DNA from: a virus
Taxonomy: Duplodnaviria; Caudoviricetes
Length of the DNA stretch: 64,000 nt
Reading direction: 5' to 3' (one strand)
IMG/VR virus record: IMGVR_UViG_3300002895_000002
Span: 96,001 to 160,000 of that record
The notes under the pieces are model-generated. The model was not told the DNA's origin. It searched no databases and saw nothing but the letters and a program-made list of their open reading frames with translations. Made by a program: the position numbers and the translations under genes. This document shows, piece after piece, positions 1 to 7,985 of the stretch; the first letter of the stretch is position 1, and every line of letters begins with the position of its first letter.

Positions 1-627
1 TCAAATACTAATAGCTTCTTTTTCGGTGCTGGGCATTATGTGTGGGCTAATGTTCCCTTTGACATAGTAAATGACATCGGAGAAATAATGTTTGCATCAA
101 CACAATCACCAAGTGGCAAACATTATGTGAAATCTAATGTACCAATGTCAACAACATCTAATCACGCGGTGCCAAAGACTTCATTATTCAATGATAACTA
201 TACATTCGGTACCATTGGTGAACTTGATCCATATTACACACCAACCGGATTTACCGGCGGCAGTGCAAGTTGGTCCATAAGTAGAAATGTTGCATTGGAA
301 GCTGTTGATCTGATAGGCAACGGCGGAGCATCCGGTGAGAACGTTTTCACTATTCTTTCTTTCGATGCACCAACAGACATTTCTGGCAAAACGGTGAAAT
401 TCCATTATAGCCTAGATATACCGCACATTGGGCAAATGGGATTCATTTATTATTATGTAGCAGGTGGAAGTGATATTGTTGAGTTGTTTGATACCGGTGG
501 GACAGTTCAATTTGCTGAAATAGTTCTACCGGCCGGTGTATCGGTAATAACATGGACTCTTGGCACGGCAGGAATATTAATACCAAACACTAATACATTC
601 AGAATGTTTGACTTGATAATCGTATAA
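1..627 (+). CDS. 5'-truncated hypothetical protein, probably a virion/fibre C-terminal beta-rich domain
   Basis: Frame is open from base 1 to TAA at 625-627; G/T/S/beta-rich composition; lies among late genes. Confidence 0.55.
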   Translation, partial: SNTNSFFFGAGHYVWANVPFDIVNDIGEIMFASTQSPSGKHYVKSNVPMSTTSNHAVPKTSLFNDNYTFGTIGELDPYYTPTGFTGGSASWSISRNVALEAVDLIGNGGASGENVFTILSFDAPTDISGKTVKFHYSLDIPHIGQMGFIYYYVAGGSDIVELFDTGGTVQFAEIVLPAGVSVITWTLGTAGILIPNTNTFRMFDLIIV

Positions 628-630
628 ATA
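623..630 (+). promoter_or_regulatory. T4-type late promoter TATAAATA
   Basis: Exact consensus 8 nt before ATG 638; a gp55 gene is present in the window. Confidence 0.7.
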
Positions 631-637
631 GTTTGTA

Positions 638-982
638 ATGATTGATATAACGAAACAACATATTGATTTTGCTAGAGCTTACATCTGTTATCGGACTACA
701 CCGATGATAGATATTGACGTGAAGCAGTTCAAGAAGATAAACACTCTTCTTGGAAAACTGGAACGGACTGAGAAAGACTCTTACGCACTTGAAATCATCA
801 ACATTATCAGAACCCTCTCAAACGTGATGGATCTGAATTTGATTATCCTTGCGATGTATGAACTTATTGATTTCAAGTACCACCCAACAATGGAGTATAT
901 CCTTTTAAGGATAGATTCAGTTGACTCAGTGGCTGTTCGTAAGGCGTTCGAAGTGGATGAAACAGATGTCATTTTTGATTAG
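638..982 (+). CDS. Conserved T4-like phage hypothetical protein
   Basis: 114 aa ORF after a late promoter; helical; recalls small conserved ORFs of T4-like late regions. Confidence 0.55.
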   Translation: MIDITKQHIDFARAYICYRTTPMIDIDVKQFKKINTLLGKLERTEKDSYALEIINIIRTLSNVMDLNLIILAMYELIDFKYHPTMEYILLRIDSVDSVAVRKAFEVDETDVIFD

Positions 983-1481
983 TGAATCTTTATCAGATAC
1001 AATCATTACCTACATGGTTTTGAAGCGGCTTACCAAACCTTTTGAGGAATGGGACGCATATAAACTGGGTATTATTGATGCTGAGGGTAAAAAGATCAAG
1101 ACTCCCACATCATCGAAAGAGAAAGAAGCGTGGACTTCTCTTGATGTAATGGTGTGGAACATGAAGAAGTTGCTGGGTAAGTACATCAACAAGTCTACTC
1201 TGGCCAGATACTTCACTGCCGCAATGCTTATTTCAGAGAACATTCGGCCGTACATGAATTACAAGCTGATAACAGAGAACAAAACATATCCAGAGCTGAA
1301 TGACTTTGATTGTGACAAGCAGCTTATTCTGTTTCAAATAATCAAGAGAGTACAACTCAATCGTATAAATATGAATGAGGATGATACAGTAATCTATGAG
1401 ATTATGTTGAAGGAAAAGACAATAGATGTTTTCCTCAACGAACATGAAACAGAATTTCTCAGAAAGATAGTAGGTGAGTGA
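966..1481 (+). CDS. Conserved T4-like phage hypothetical protein
   Basis: Motif LKRLTKPFEEWDAYKLGIIDAEGK resembles a conserved T4-like core hypothetical; start at ATG 966 inferred. Confidence 0.6.
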   Translation: MSFLISESLSDTIITYMVLKRLTKPFEEWDAYKLGIIDAEGKKIKTPTSSKEKEAWTSLDVMVWNMKKLLGKYINKSTLARYFTAAMLISENIRPYMNYKLITENKTYPELNDFDCDKQLILFQIIKRVQLNRINMNEDDTVIYEIMLKEKTIDVFLNEHETEFLRKIVGE

Positions 1482-1642
1482 TGGAAGTATCACCCCCACA
1501 AGGTCAAACTACCACATCTGATATAGCGCAGGGCCCCGGACAAGTGATAGGAGACCCAGCACGCAGGGGATCTCAACCCAAAGCCGGTTCAGGCAAACCC
1601 AAACGATTCCGGGAATGGAAAAAGGAGAAGTCAAGTGAGTGA
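1481..1642 (+). CDS. Small hypothetical protein (53 aa)
   Basis: TGATG overlap with upstream stop; MEVSPPQGQTTTSDIAQGPG...RFREWKKEKSSE. Confidence 0.45.
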   Translation: MEVSPPQGQTTTSDIAQGPGQVIGDPARRGSQPKAGSGKPKRFREWKKEKSSE

Positions 1643-1656
1643 TAACAAATAACGTC

Positions 1657-2424
1657 TTAGGGCCTCTCTGATTTAGATTTTCTCTTTTCCCAAGAGTTCT
1701 TTATTGCCTGTTTATGAGATTCTGATTTTTTCTTTCCTGTATGAATTTCTGATAATTTTTTCTTTGTTTCTTCGGACATTGGCTTTCGATTTTTTGCTGC
1801 TTTTTTCATTTTTTGTTTCGTTTCTTCGGACACTGGCTTTCGATTTTTTGCTGCTTCTTTCATTTTTTGTTTCGTTTCTTCGGAATGTTCTTTACGGGGT
1901 TTCCCTTTGTGGCTTTCACTTAAATTGTTTTTGTGTTCTTCAGAAAAGAGTCTACCTTTTAATGACTTAGAAATTTTGGCCCGATGTTCACTTGTAAATT
2001 TTCTGTCTTTGAGCGTATTTTTTATTTTTTGTTTTCGCTCATTATCAAGTAAAGAACCCAATAATTTGCCTTTATTTGAATTTCCAATTTTTTGTTTGGT
2101 TTCTTCTGAATGATTGTAGTTTAGGTTCAACCATTTATAATCTTTAGAGGTATATTTTCCATTATTTGACATATAGGAAAATGCTCTAGTCATTTTCGGC
2201 CCCTTGATTTTATGTCCTCTCCATATACGGGCAAGAAGTAGATGAGCAATGAAGTGCTCACGAAGGGGAAGATTTACTCTGTTCCAGGATCCATCAATAT
2301 CATCTATTCCGTCGATTTTTGCAAATGAACGAGGAATGATGTGGTGATCCTCTGTTTGTTTCTTTACTTTTGGGGTGTTACGATTACGTTCGATAATGCG
2401 GTTATAGATTGTTTGATAATCCAT
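1657..2424 (-). CDS. HNH homing endonuclease (MobE-like) with NUMOD3 repeats
   Basis: MDYQTIYNRII..EDHHIIPRS..NRVNLPLREHFIAHLLL; C-terminal HSEETKQK repeats; AT-rich. Confidence 0.9.
   Translation of the reverse strand: MDYQTIYNRIIERNRNTPKVKKQTEDHHIIPRSFAKIDGIDDIDGSWNRVNLPLREHFIAHLLLARIWRGHKIKGPKMTRAFSYMSNNGKYTSKDYKWLNLNYNHSEETKQKIGNSNKGKLLGSLLDNERKQKIKNTLKDRKFTSEHRAKISKSLKGRLFSEEHKNNLSESHKGKPRKEHSEETKQKMKEAAKNRKPVSEETKQKMKKAAKNRKPMSEETKKKLSEIHTGKKKSESHKQAIKNSWEKRKSKSERP
1771..1883. repeat. Tandem ~51-nt repeat encoding NUMOD3 units
   Basis: cttcggaca(t/c)tggctttcgattttttgctgct.. occurs twice in tandem. Confidence 0.8.
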
Positions 2425-2484
2425 ATAAATACCTTTAGAGAAGTTTTTAACTATCAAACTTATTTATCTACATCGGAGAAAATT

Positions 2485-2694
2485 ATGAAAATTTCGGATT
2501 TTGAAACCCATGTCGAATATGAGCTCGAAACACCCGAAGGACATGCTGCATTTGTCCAGGGTGTAAAGAGCGGAGATCGTGGACAGTGGCGTCGATCTCC
2601 AGAAACTGCTGAGCTTCTGGATCAAGTCAACGCAAACACCAGACACAACAGAATCTTCGTCAAAGTCGGGAATCTCAACACCCGAGTGAAGTAA
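2485..2694 (+). CDS. Hypothetical protein (69 aa)
   Basis: GGAG RBS before ATG 2485; late promoter TATAAATA at 2424-2431. Confidence 0.65.
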   Translation: MKISDFETHVEYELETPEGHAAFVQGVKSGDRGQWRRSPETAELLDQVNANTRHNRIFVKVGNLNTRVK

Positions 2695-2713
2695 TCCAAC
2701 AACGGAGAATGAC

Positions 2714-3706
2714 ATGAAAGTTAATGAACGACACACCTATGTCAGCACTGCCAAGACATACTGGTGGGGTGTAACTGATACAACACATTCTCTCAAGCAA
2801 TATCCCGATACTCCTCCACTTCCCCTCCCTCCAGGCTGGGTCCAGACGTACCATACTGAACGCTTCACTAACCACGTTGATCTCTATAATGAGATTGTAA
2901 CGCTGTTGGACGGTATCAGCGACTACATTGACAATTATTTGGACGATGTGTCTGTCACTGGTTTGGATAAGATAAAGAACATCCTGATGCCGCTCTATAC
3001 CTACGTCAGTTTGAAAGAGTGTATCCTTCCTGATGTTGGTGATAGCGGCGTTCCTGATATGCCCCTGCAGCTTGGAAGCACAGTGAAGGACTGGTTTGCT
3101 TGGTGGACTAAGGACCTTCCGGCATATACGCCGTTCTTCGAGCTCAGAGAGTACTTTACCTTCACTCAGAAGTTCGCTGATGATTTAGATGGCGAATACT
3201 ATCTCCCGACACAGTTCCAGCCATGGGCTCAGTACCTTCCCATAGTCATCCCGGAGCAACCCGAGCCTACCCCAGAGAACCCCACACCGGTCTTCATTCC
3301 GATAGAGGCACAGTCGTTCGTCGGCACCGATTTACAGAGGGATGCTTTTGACTTCATCGCCTGGGCCTATGCTGAAGGTTACGCTACACCCAAAGGTAGT
3401 GCATGGGTGCAGATCAAAGATGAGTACAACGACCTGCTCGTGGAGATCACTGGGTATGCCTCGGCTGACCTGAACAACATCACCACATTTCAAGCGTTCG
3501 TTCCTGGTGCCATCCAAGACCGGATGATCTGGCAGGTGTATGCTCAGCCAAGACTTCGTGCTGTTAGCAGAACTGTCACAACCAACGATCCAATCGTTCC
3601 TGAATATGATGAGCCAATACCAGTCAGAGAGTTTGTCATTGGTGATTACGGCCTAGGTGATGTGGTGGATACGTTCGGGTGGGTCATCCGGGGGATCAAT
3701 GCGTAA
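2714..3706 (+). CDS. Hypothetical protein, probably virion/baseplate-associated
   Basis: 330 aa, GGAG RBS, immediately upstream of the PAAR gene; no motif recognised. Confidence 0.55.
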   Translation: MKVNERHTYVSTAKTYWWGVTDTTHSLKQYPDTPPLPLPPGWVQTYHTERFTNHVDLYNEIVTLLDGISDYIDNYLDDVSVTGLDKIKNILMPLYTYVSLKECILPDVGDSGVPDMPLQLGSTVKDWFAWWTKDLPAYTPFFELREYFTFTQKFADDLDGEYYLPTQFQPWAQYLPIVIPEQPEPTPENPTPVFIPIEAQSFVGTDLQRDAFDFIAWAYAEGYATPKGSAWVQIKDEYNDLLVEITGYASADLNNITTFQAFVPGAIQDRMIWQVYAQPRLRAVSRTVTTNDPIVPEYDEPIPVREFVIGDYGLGDVVDTFGWVIRGINA

Positions 3707-3848
3707 GCAGGGCGAGTCCTGCCGGTTCTTCTGCACCGACCTCTGTGGGCAGGTGTTATCGTGCACGAGAGGACCGGACAACGGCTGGATATGTCCGCTG
3801 AGACCGTACTGGGAGAGGCCGAAGAATGCAAGTCGCGAGGGTGTCTGA
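3699..3848 (+). CDS. Small Cys-rich hypothetical protein
   Basis: Overlaps both flanking genes; MRKQGESCRFFCTDLCGQVLSC..C. Confidence 0.4.
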   Translation: MRKQGESCRFFCTDLCGQVLSCTRGPDNGWICPLRPYWERPKNASREGV

Positions 3849-4128
3849 CGTAGTAGTGGGGACGTGCTGCTGCCATGCCGATCCGCCGTGCCGGGGAGTC
3901 ACCGGGATGATCGTGAGCGGCTCTGGGATGGCGATGGCATCAGGCCTGCCGGTTGGTCGTACCGGAGATGTGGTGATGTTCTCCTGCGGACACACGGCGG
4001 TCATCGTCACTGGTTCACTGATGTCATCCTCAGACGGTCTGTTGATAGCGCGAGTTGGTGATGCAACGGCTGGGTGTGTCACTGGTACTATAGTCACAGG
4101 TGATCCGCTGTCATCGGCGGATGGATAG
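3826..4128 (+). CDS. PAAR-like spike-tip protein (gp5.4-like)
   Basis: VARVSD, PVGRTGD..CGH, IARVGD repeats with Cys/His metal ligands. Confidence 0.85.
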   Translation: MQVARVSDVVVGTCCCHADPPCRGVTGMIVSGSGMAMASGLPVGRTGDVVMFSCGHTAVIVTGSLMSSSDGLLIARVGDATAGCVTGTIVTGDPLSSADG

Positions 4129-4137
4129 GAGATAGAG

Positions 4138-4461
4138 ATGGACATAACAGCGATATTGGCAGTGATTGCTCTAATAGCAGCGACGAATGAGCGGATCACG
4201 GAAGTAGTGAAGGGCCAGGTAGCTCCGCAGCTGAAGGGACTGAAGGAGAACACCAGGAAGAGTGTGGTGATTACTCTCTCGTGCCTGATTGGTGTAGCGG
4301 TGGCGTTCTTTATGCAGGACTCAGTCTATGCGGTGCTCCCAGTTGCTCTGCAAACCTGGCAGTCTCTCGTTGGGTGCGGACTGATCTCGGCATCGGGTGC
4401 TGGATTTATCAACAGTCTCCTGGAAGTGGTGAAGATGCTTCCGAACAAGAAAAAAGACTGA
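4138..4461 (+). CDS. Small membrane protein, holin-like
   Basis: 107 aa, about three hydrophobic segments, basic C-terminus. Confidence 0.5.
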   Translation: MDITAILAVIALIAATNERITEVVKGQVAPQLKGLKENTRKSVVITLSCLIGVAVAFFMQDSVYAVLPVALQTWQSLVGCGLISASGAGFINSLLEVVKMLPNKKKD

Positions 4462-4463
4462 AT

Positions 4464-4492
4464 TTGACTTTTCCTTTCCTTGGTTGTATAAT
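4464..4492 (+). promoter_or_regulatory. Sigma70-type promoter TTGACT-N17-TATAAT
   Basis: Near-consensus hexamers with 17-bp spacer; fires antisense through the GIY-YIG gene. Confidence 0.65.
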
Positions 4493-4495
4493 GAA

Positions 4496-5126
4496 CTAAA
4501 TGGATAGTTTACGTTTCAGATGTGCAAGTCTCATTTTTTCTTTGGTTTCAGGTGAATGTGTTTTTCCTTTCATGCCTTTTGGATGCCCATTTTTTAAACT
4601 ATCCTTTATTTTTTGGCAATGCTCTAATGAAAGTTTTTTACCTTTCTTTTCTGAAGGTTTTCCTTTGTTGGCTTTACTCATGATGTCTTTAATTTCATCA
4701 GCACGGTCAGGGCTCATTTCTTCTAAAGTACGTCCTTTACGCGCTGATGGTTTTCCTTTATGCCATTTTCCTCCACGTGCGCTTGATTCTCTAAGTCGCT
4801 CTTTGGTTTTTTCATCGGCAAATTGATACGTATTGCCGCCATTACCACCAGGAACTAAGTTATAGGTGTCTTTTCTGGAAATAAACCATTCATCAACTAT
4901 TTGTTTTTCTATTTCTAACGCATGTTCAGCTGATATACAGTAATGAAGAATAATTCTGACGAAGTTTTCTTTTCCATATTTCTTTACTGCTTTGACTATG
5001 TTTCTACCAGAACCAATATAACCGTCATCAATGCGATTAGTTGACCTTTTTTCCAACATAGATTTTGCTGTTTATTAAATTGGTGGTAAGATAAACAAAA
5101 TGAAATGACTTTTCTTCATGTGCCAT
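4496..5126 (-). pseudogene. GIY-YIG (Seg-like) homing endonuclease with NUMOD3 tail, +1 frameshift
   Basis: ATG 5126 with AGGAG RBS gives MAHEEKSFHFVYLTTNLINSKIYVGK; frame continues RSTNRIDDGYIGSG only if the T6 run 5047-5052 loses one base. Confidence 0.8.
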
Positions 5127-5143
5127 GACGGTCTCCTATAACC

Positions 5144-5228
5144 ATAAATAGAGTTGACAGGGACAACAGTTTCCTAGCTGCTGGTTGTCGTTGGCAGACG
5201 CAACCTTACCCGTTCAATACTATTTATA
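5144..5228. ncRNA. HE-associated three-way-junction element, copy E1
   Basis: ATAAATA..GGAC AACAG[TTTCCTAG]CTGCT GGTTG T CGT[TGGCAG]ACG CAACC TTACC..TATTTAT. Confidence 0.75.
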
Positions 5229-5243
5229 AACTAAGGAAAGAAA

Positions 5244-5972
5244 ATGATAAGTTTACCAAATGAATTACGATTTTCTCCCTACAGTCACAGCAAGATGTCA
5301 CTCTTCTATGAGTGTCCTCACAAGTGGTACCATACATACATCACGAAATCCATGCCGCGTGAACAGAAAGCCGCGTTTGAGAAAGGCGGCTTCATTCACT
5401 ACGCTCTGGATCATTACCCCAACCCCACCCCGAAGAAATACACGTTCAAACTCGCCAGTAATGAAATGCAAGAGGAATGGGTTGATCTTCTCAAAACCAT
5501 CCTTCAGCAGCCTCGAGTCAGAACTATCATCAAGAACAAGATTAACAGTGAATTTACCTGGATCTTGGATCACAACTTCACTCTCGGAACAAACAAGTGG
5601 AAATCGTTAATCTACGGGGTTGTTGACGGAATGACACAGACAGGAAACCGGCTCTGTCTGTACTACTGGAAGACCGGTAAGTCCGATGGCGATAGTGACC
5701 AACTCAAACTCTATGCTCTCTGGGCAATGATTGCTCGTCCCAACCTGAAAGAAGTCCTTTGCAGTTTTGAATATGTGGAGCGAAACACTTTCGATGAATT
5801 CCGGTACGACCAGAGCCAAGTCCCGGAAATGAAAGAATGGCTCTATGAGAAGATATCAAACATAGAAAACGCAACAGAATTTAGTCCAACTCCGTGCAAA
5901 GGATGTTCTTACTGTCCGAAATACACAGTATGTCCGGCACATAAGATCACAATACCTATTTCACGCGGTTGA
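5244..5972 (+). CDS. PD-(D/E)XK RecB/Cas4-like exonuclease with putative Fe-S cysteines
   Basis: SHSKMSLFYECP, KGGFIHYAL, GVVD, WKTG, QLKLYA, PCKGCSYCP..CP. Confidence 0.8.
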   Translation: MISLPNELRFSPYSHSKMSLFYECPHKWYHTYITKSMPREQKAAFEKGGFIHYALDHYPNPTPKKYTFKLASNEMQEEWVDLLKTILQQPRVRTIIKNKINSEFTWILDHNFTLGTNKWKSLIYGVVDGMTQTGNRLCLYYWKTGKSDGDSDQLKLYALWAMIARPNLKEVLCSFEYVERNTFDEFRYDQSQVPEMKEWLYEKISNIENATEFSPTPCKGCSYCPKYTVCPAHKITIPISRG

Positions 5973-6639
5973 TATGTGATTGTCTGATTTTATTTTTGGT
6001 TTCTTCCGATCTGGCTCTACCTAATAATGAGTCCCGAATTTTTTGTTTGGTTTCTTCTGAACATTTTCTTCCAGTGTTCACTTCTAATAATTTTGCTCTA
6101 TGTGATTCTGATATAGGTTTACCTTTTCTTGATTTACTCATATTTTCTTTATGTTCATCAGAAAATATTATACCTTTTCTAGACTCACTTATTTTTCTCT
6201 TGGTTTCTTCTGATCTGGGTTTAGAATTTTTACCTTTCATTGCTTTGCTTCTTTTATCAATATGCTCTTTTGATTGTTTTCTGCCTTTTTGAGATTTGCT
6301 CATTTTTATTATTGTAGCTGACGAATGTTTGTAACCTAACTTTAGCCAAGAATAATCTTTGGATGTATATTTTCCATTATTTGACATATAGGAAAAGGCT
6401 CTAGCCATCTTCGGACCTTTCACTTTATGACCTCGCCATATACGAGCAAGAAGCAGATGGGCAATGAAGTGCTCACGTAAAGGAAGATTAACTCGATTCC
6501 ATCGTCCATCGATATCATCTATTCCATCAAGTTTAGCAAAGGACCTAGGGATGATGTGGTGATTTTCAGTTTGCTTTTTGATCTTGGGGGTGGTACAATT
6601 GCGTTCGATGATACGGTTGTAAATTGATTGATAATCCAT
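5956..6639 (-). CDS. HNH homing endonuclease (MobE-like) with NUMOD3 repeats
   Basis: ENHHIIPRS..REHFIAHLLL; N-terminal ~100 aa nearly identical to the HE at 1657-2424. Confidence 0.9.
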   Translation of the reverse strand: MDYQSIYNRIIERNCTTPKIKKQTENHHIIPRSFAKLDGIDDIDGRWNRVNLPLREHFIAHLLLARIWRGHKVKGPKMARAFSYMSNNGKYTSKDYSWLKLGYKHSSATIIKMSKSQKGRKQSKEHIDKRSKAMKGKNSKPRSEETKRKISESRKGIIFSDEHKENMSKSRKGKPISESHRAKLLEVNTGRKCSEETKQKIRDSLLGRARSEETKNKIRQSHINRVK

Positions 6640-6658
6640 AGACGGTTTCTCCTAACCG

Positions 6659-6746
6659 ATAAATAAGAGTAGAACAGGGACAGCGGTTTCTCCACCGTTG
6701 AGTTTCAGGGCCAACTGAACTCTTACCTGTTTCATGTTTATTTATA
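6659..6746. ncRNA. HE-associated three-way-junction element, copy E2
   Basis: GGAC AGCGG[TTTCTCCA]CCGTT GAGTT T CAG[GGCCAA]CTG AACTC TTACC, flanked by ATAAATA/TATTTAT. Confidence 0.75.
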
Positions 6747-6769
6747 TTTTAACAGAAAGGAATAAGACA

Positions 6770-7147
6770 ATGGCTGAGAAATTTGAAGTAGTAGCTCCGA
6801 ACGGGAAGGATATCACCTTCTCTGACATGAAAGGCCGTAAAACCTATGCTCATGGCGAGCAGATTGAGATGAATTCTTTCGTTGCTATGTTCCCGGGATT
6901 CTTCAAGCGAGTTGAAGATGCAGTCAAGGAAGTAGTTGCTGATGCCAAGGAAGCGGTCGAGGAGATCGTGGAGAAGGTTGAGGAGCAGATCGAGGAGATC
7001 AAGGAAGAGGTGGCTGAGGCCGTCGAGACCGCTGAGGAAGTAGTGGAAGCGGTTGTCGAAGAGGTGAAGGAAGCCGCCGCCGAGATCGAAGAGAAGGTCG
7101 AAGGGATCGTCGAAAAGAAAACGGCTGGTAAGAAGGGCAAAAAATAA
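6770..7147 (+). CDS. Acidic Glu/Val/Ala-repeat hypothetical protein
   Basis: AAGGA RBS; long EEIVEKVEEQIEE low-complexity segment, basic tail. Confidence 0.7.
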   Translation: MAEKFEVVAPNGKDITFSDMKGRKTYAHGEQIEMNSFVAMFPGFFKRVEDAVKEVVADAKEAVEEIVEKVEEQIEEIKEEVAEAVETAEEVVEAVVEEVKEAAAEIEEKVEGIVEKKTAGKKGKK

Positions 7148-7157
7148 GAGGTGACTC

Positions 7158-7922
7158 ATGGCCCTTCCGGTCCGGATCAAGAAAAAGTCAGAGCTGGTTG
7201 ATTACATTCTCCGCAAGCTGGGTTCCCCTGCTGTCAACGTAGAATTAACCAACGAGCACCTCGACGACGCAATTGAGGATACGCTCGAGGAATTCCTTCC
7301 TCGAGCTTATTCCGGCACACTCGAACGGTATGTTCAACTCCAGCTCATAAAGGATCAGCAAGATTACAGACTTCCTGATTCTGTTTTTGCTGTTCTCGGT
7401 GTGTTCAACAACAACATCGGTGACTATACTGTCTCCTCCACTGATATGTTCTCTGCCAACCAGTACATCGCCGCAGACATCTTTGGCGGGAACCTAAAGA
7501 ACGTTGACCTGCTTACCTATACAATGACCCAGCAGTTTATTGAAACGATGGGTTTGATCTTTGGTAAGCGGATCACGTTTGACTTTAACTCCAACACCAG
7601 AATCCTTCACCTTCATGAGCCGCCGAAGAGCAACATATTCACAGTAATGCACTTCTACATGTTCCTTGAGCGTGACGAAGATCCATTAACTCAGGACGAA
7701 CTCACGAACATCTACGATAACAAGTGGGTCAAAAGGATGGCGGTTGAGATGGCTCGGTATCAATGGGGTGTGAACCTCATGAAGTACAATGGCACAGTCC
7801 TTCCGAACGGGATGAATCTCAATGCTGGTGGCATCCTGGATATGGCAGAGAAGAATAAAGAGAAACTGATGGAAGAACTCCATAACGAATGGTCTTTACC
7901 TACCGACTTCTACATCGGGTGA
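7158..7922 (+). CDS. gp13: Neck protein
   Basis: ELVDYILRKLGSPAVNVELTNEHLDDAIEDTLE; QWGVNLMKY..LPNGMNLNA; synteny with gp14/gp15. Confidence 0.9.
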   Translation: MALPVRIKKKSELVDYILRKLGSPAVNVELTNEHLDDAIEDTLEEFLPRAYSGTLERYVQLQLIKDQQDYRLPDSVFAVLGVFNNNIGDYTVSSTDMFSANQYIAADIFGGNLKNVDLLTYTMTQQFIETMGLIFGKRITFDFNSNTRILHLHEPPKSNIFTVMHFYMFLERDEDPLTQDELTNIYDNKWVKRMAVEMARYQWGVNLMKYNGTVLPNGMNLNAGGILDMAEKNKEKLMEELHNEWSLPTDFYIG

Positions 7923-7947
7923 ATGTAGGTTTCCGGTTGATTTTTTA

Positions 7948-7978
7948 CCTTTCTTGATAAATAGTATTACAAGAAAGG
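7948..7978 (+). promoter_or_regulatory. RBS-sequestering hairpin with late promoter
   Basis: cctttcttg/caagaaagg stem around (G)ATAAATA; 3' arm contains the AAGG RBS of the HE. Confidence 0.7.
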
Positions 7979-7985
7979 AAATATC

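Noticed and set aside
5040-5060. Programmed -1 frameshift at A-AAA-AAG in the GIY-YIG gene
   Set aside because: The heptamer is present, but the conserved RSTN..YIGSG frame is +1, not -1
5144-5228. Identification of the three-way-junction element as a hammerhead, twister, pistol or HDV ribozyme, or a known riboswitch
   Set aside because: Catalytic cores (CUGANGA/GAAA, twister AAGC loop, pistol motifs) are absent on both strands as far as I can see; an Rfam search is still needed
5244-5972. CRISPR-Cas locus around the Cas4-like gene
   Set aside because: No array and no other cas genes; stand-alone RecB/Cas4-like nucleases are common in phages
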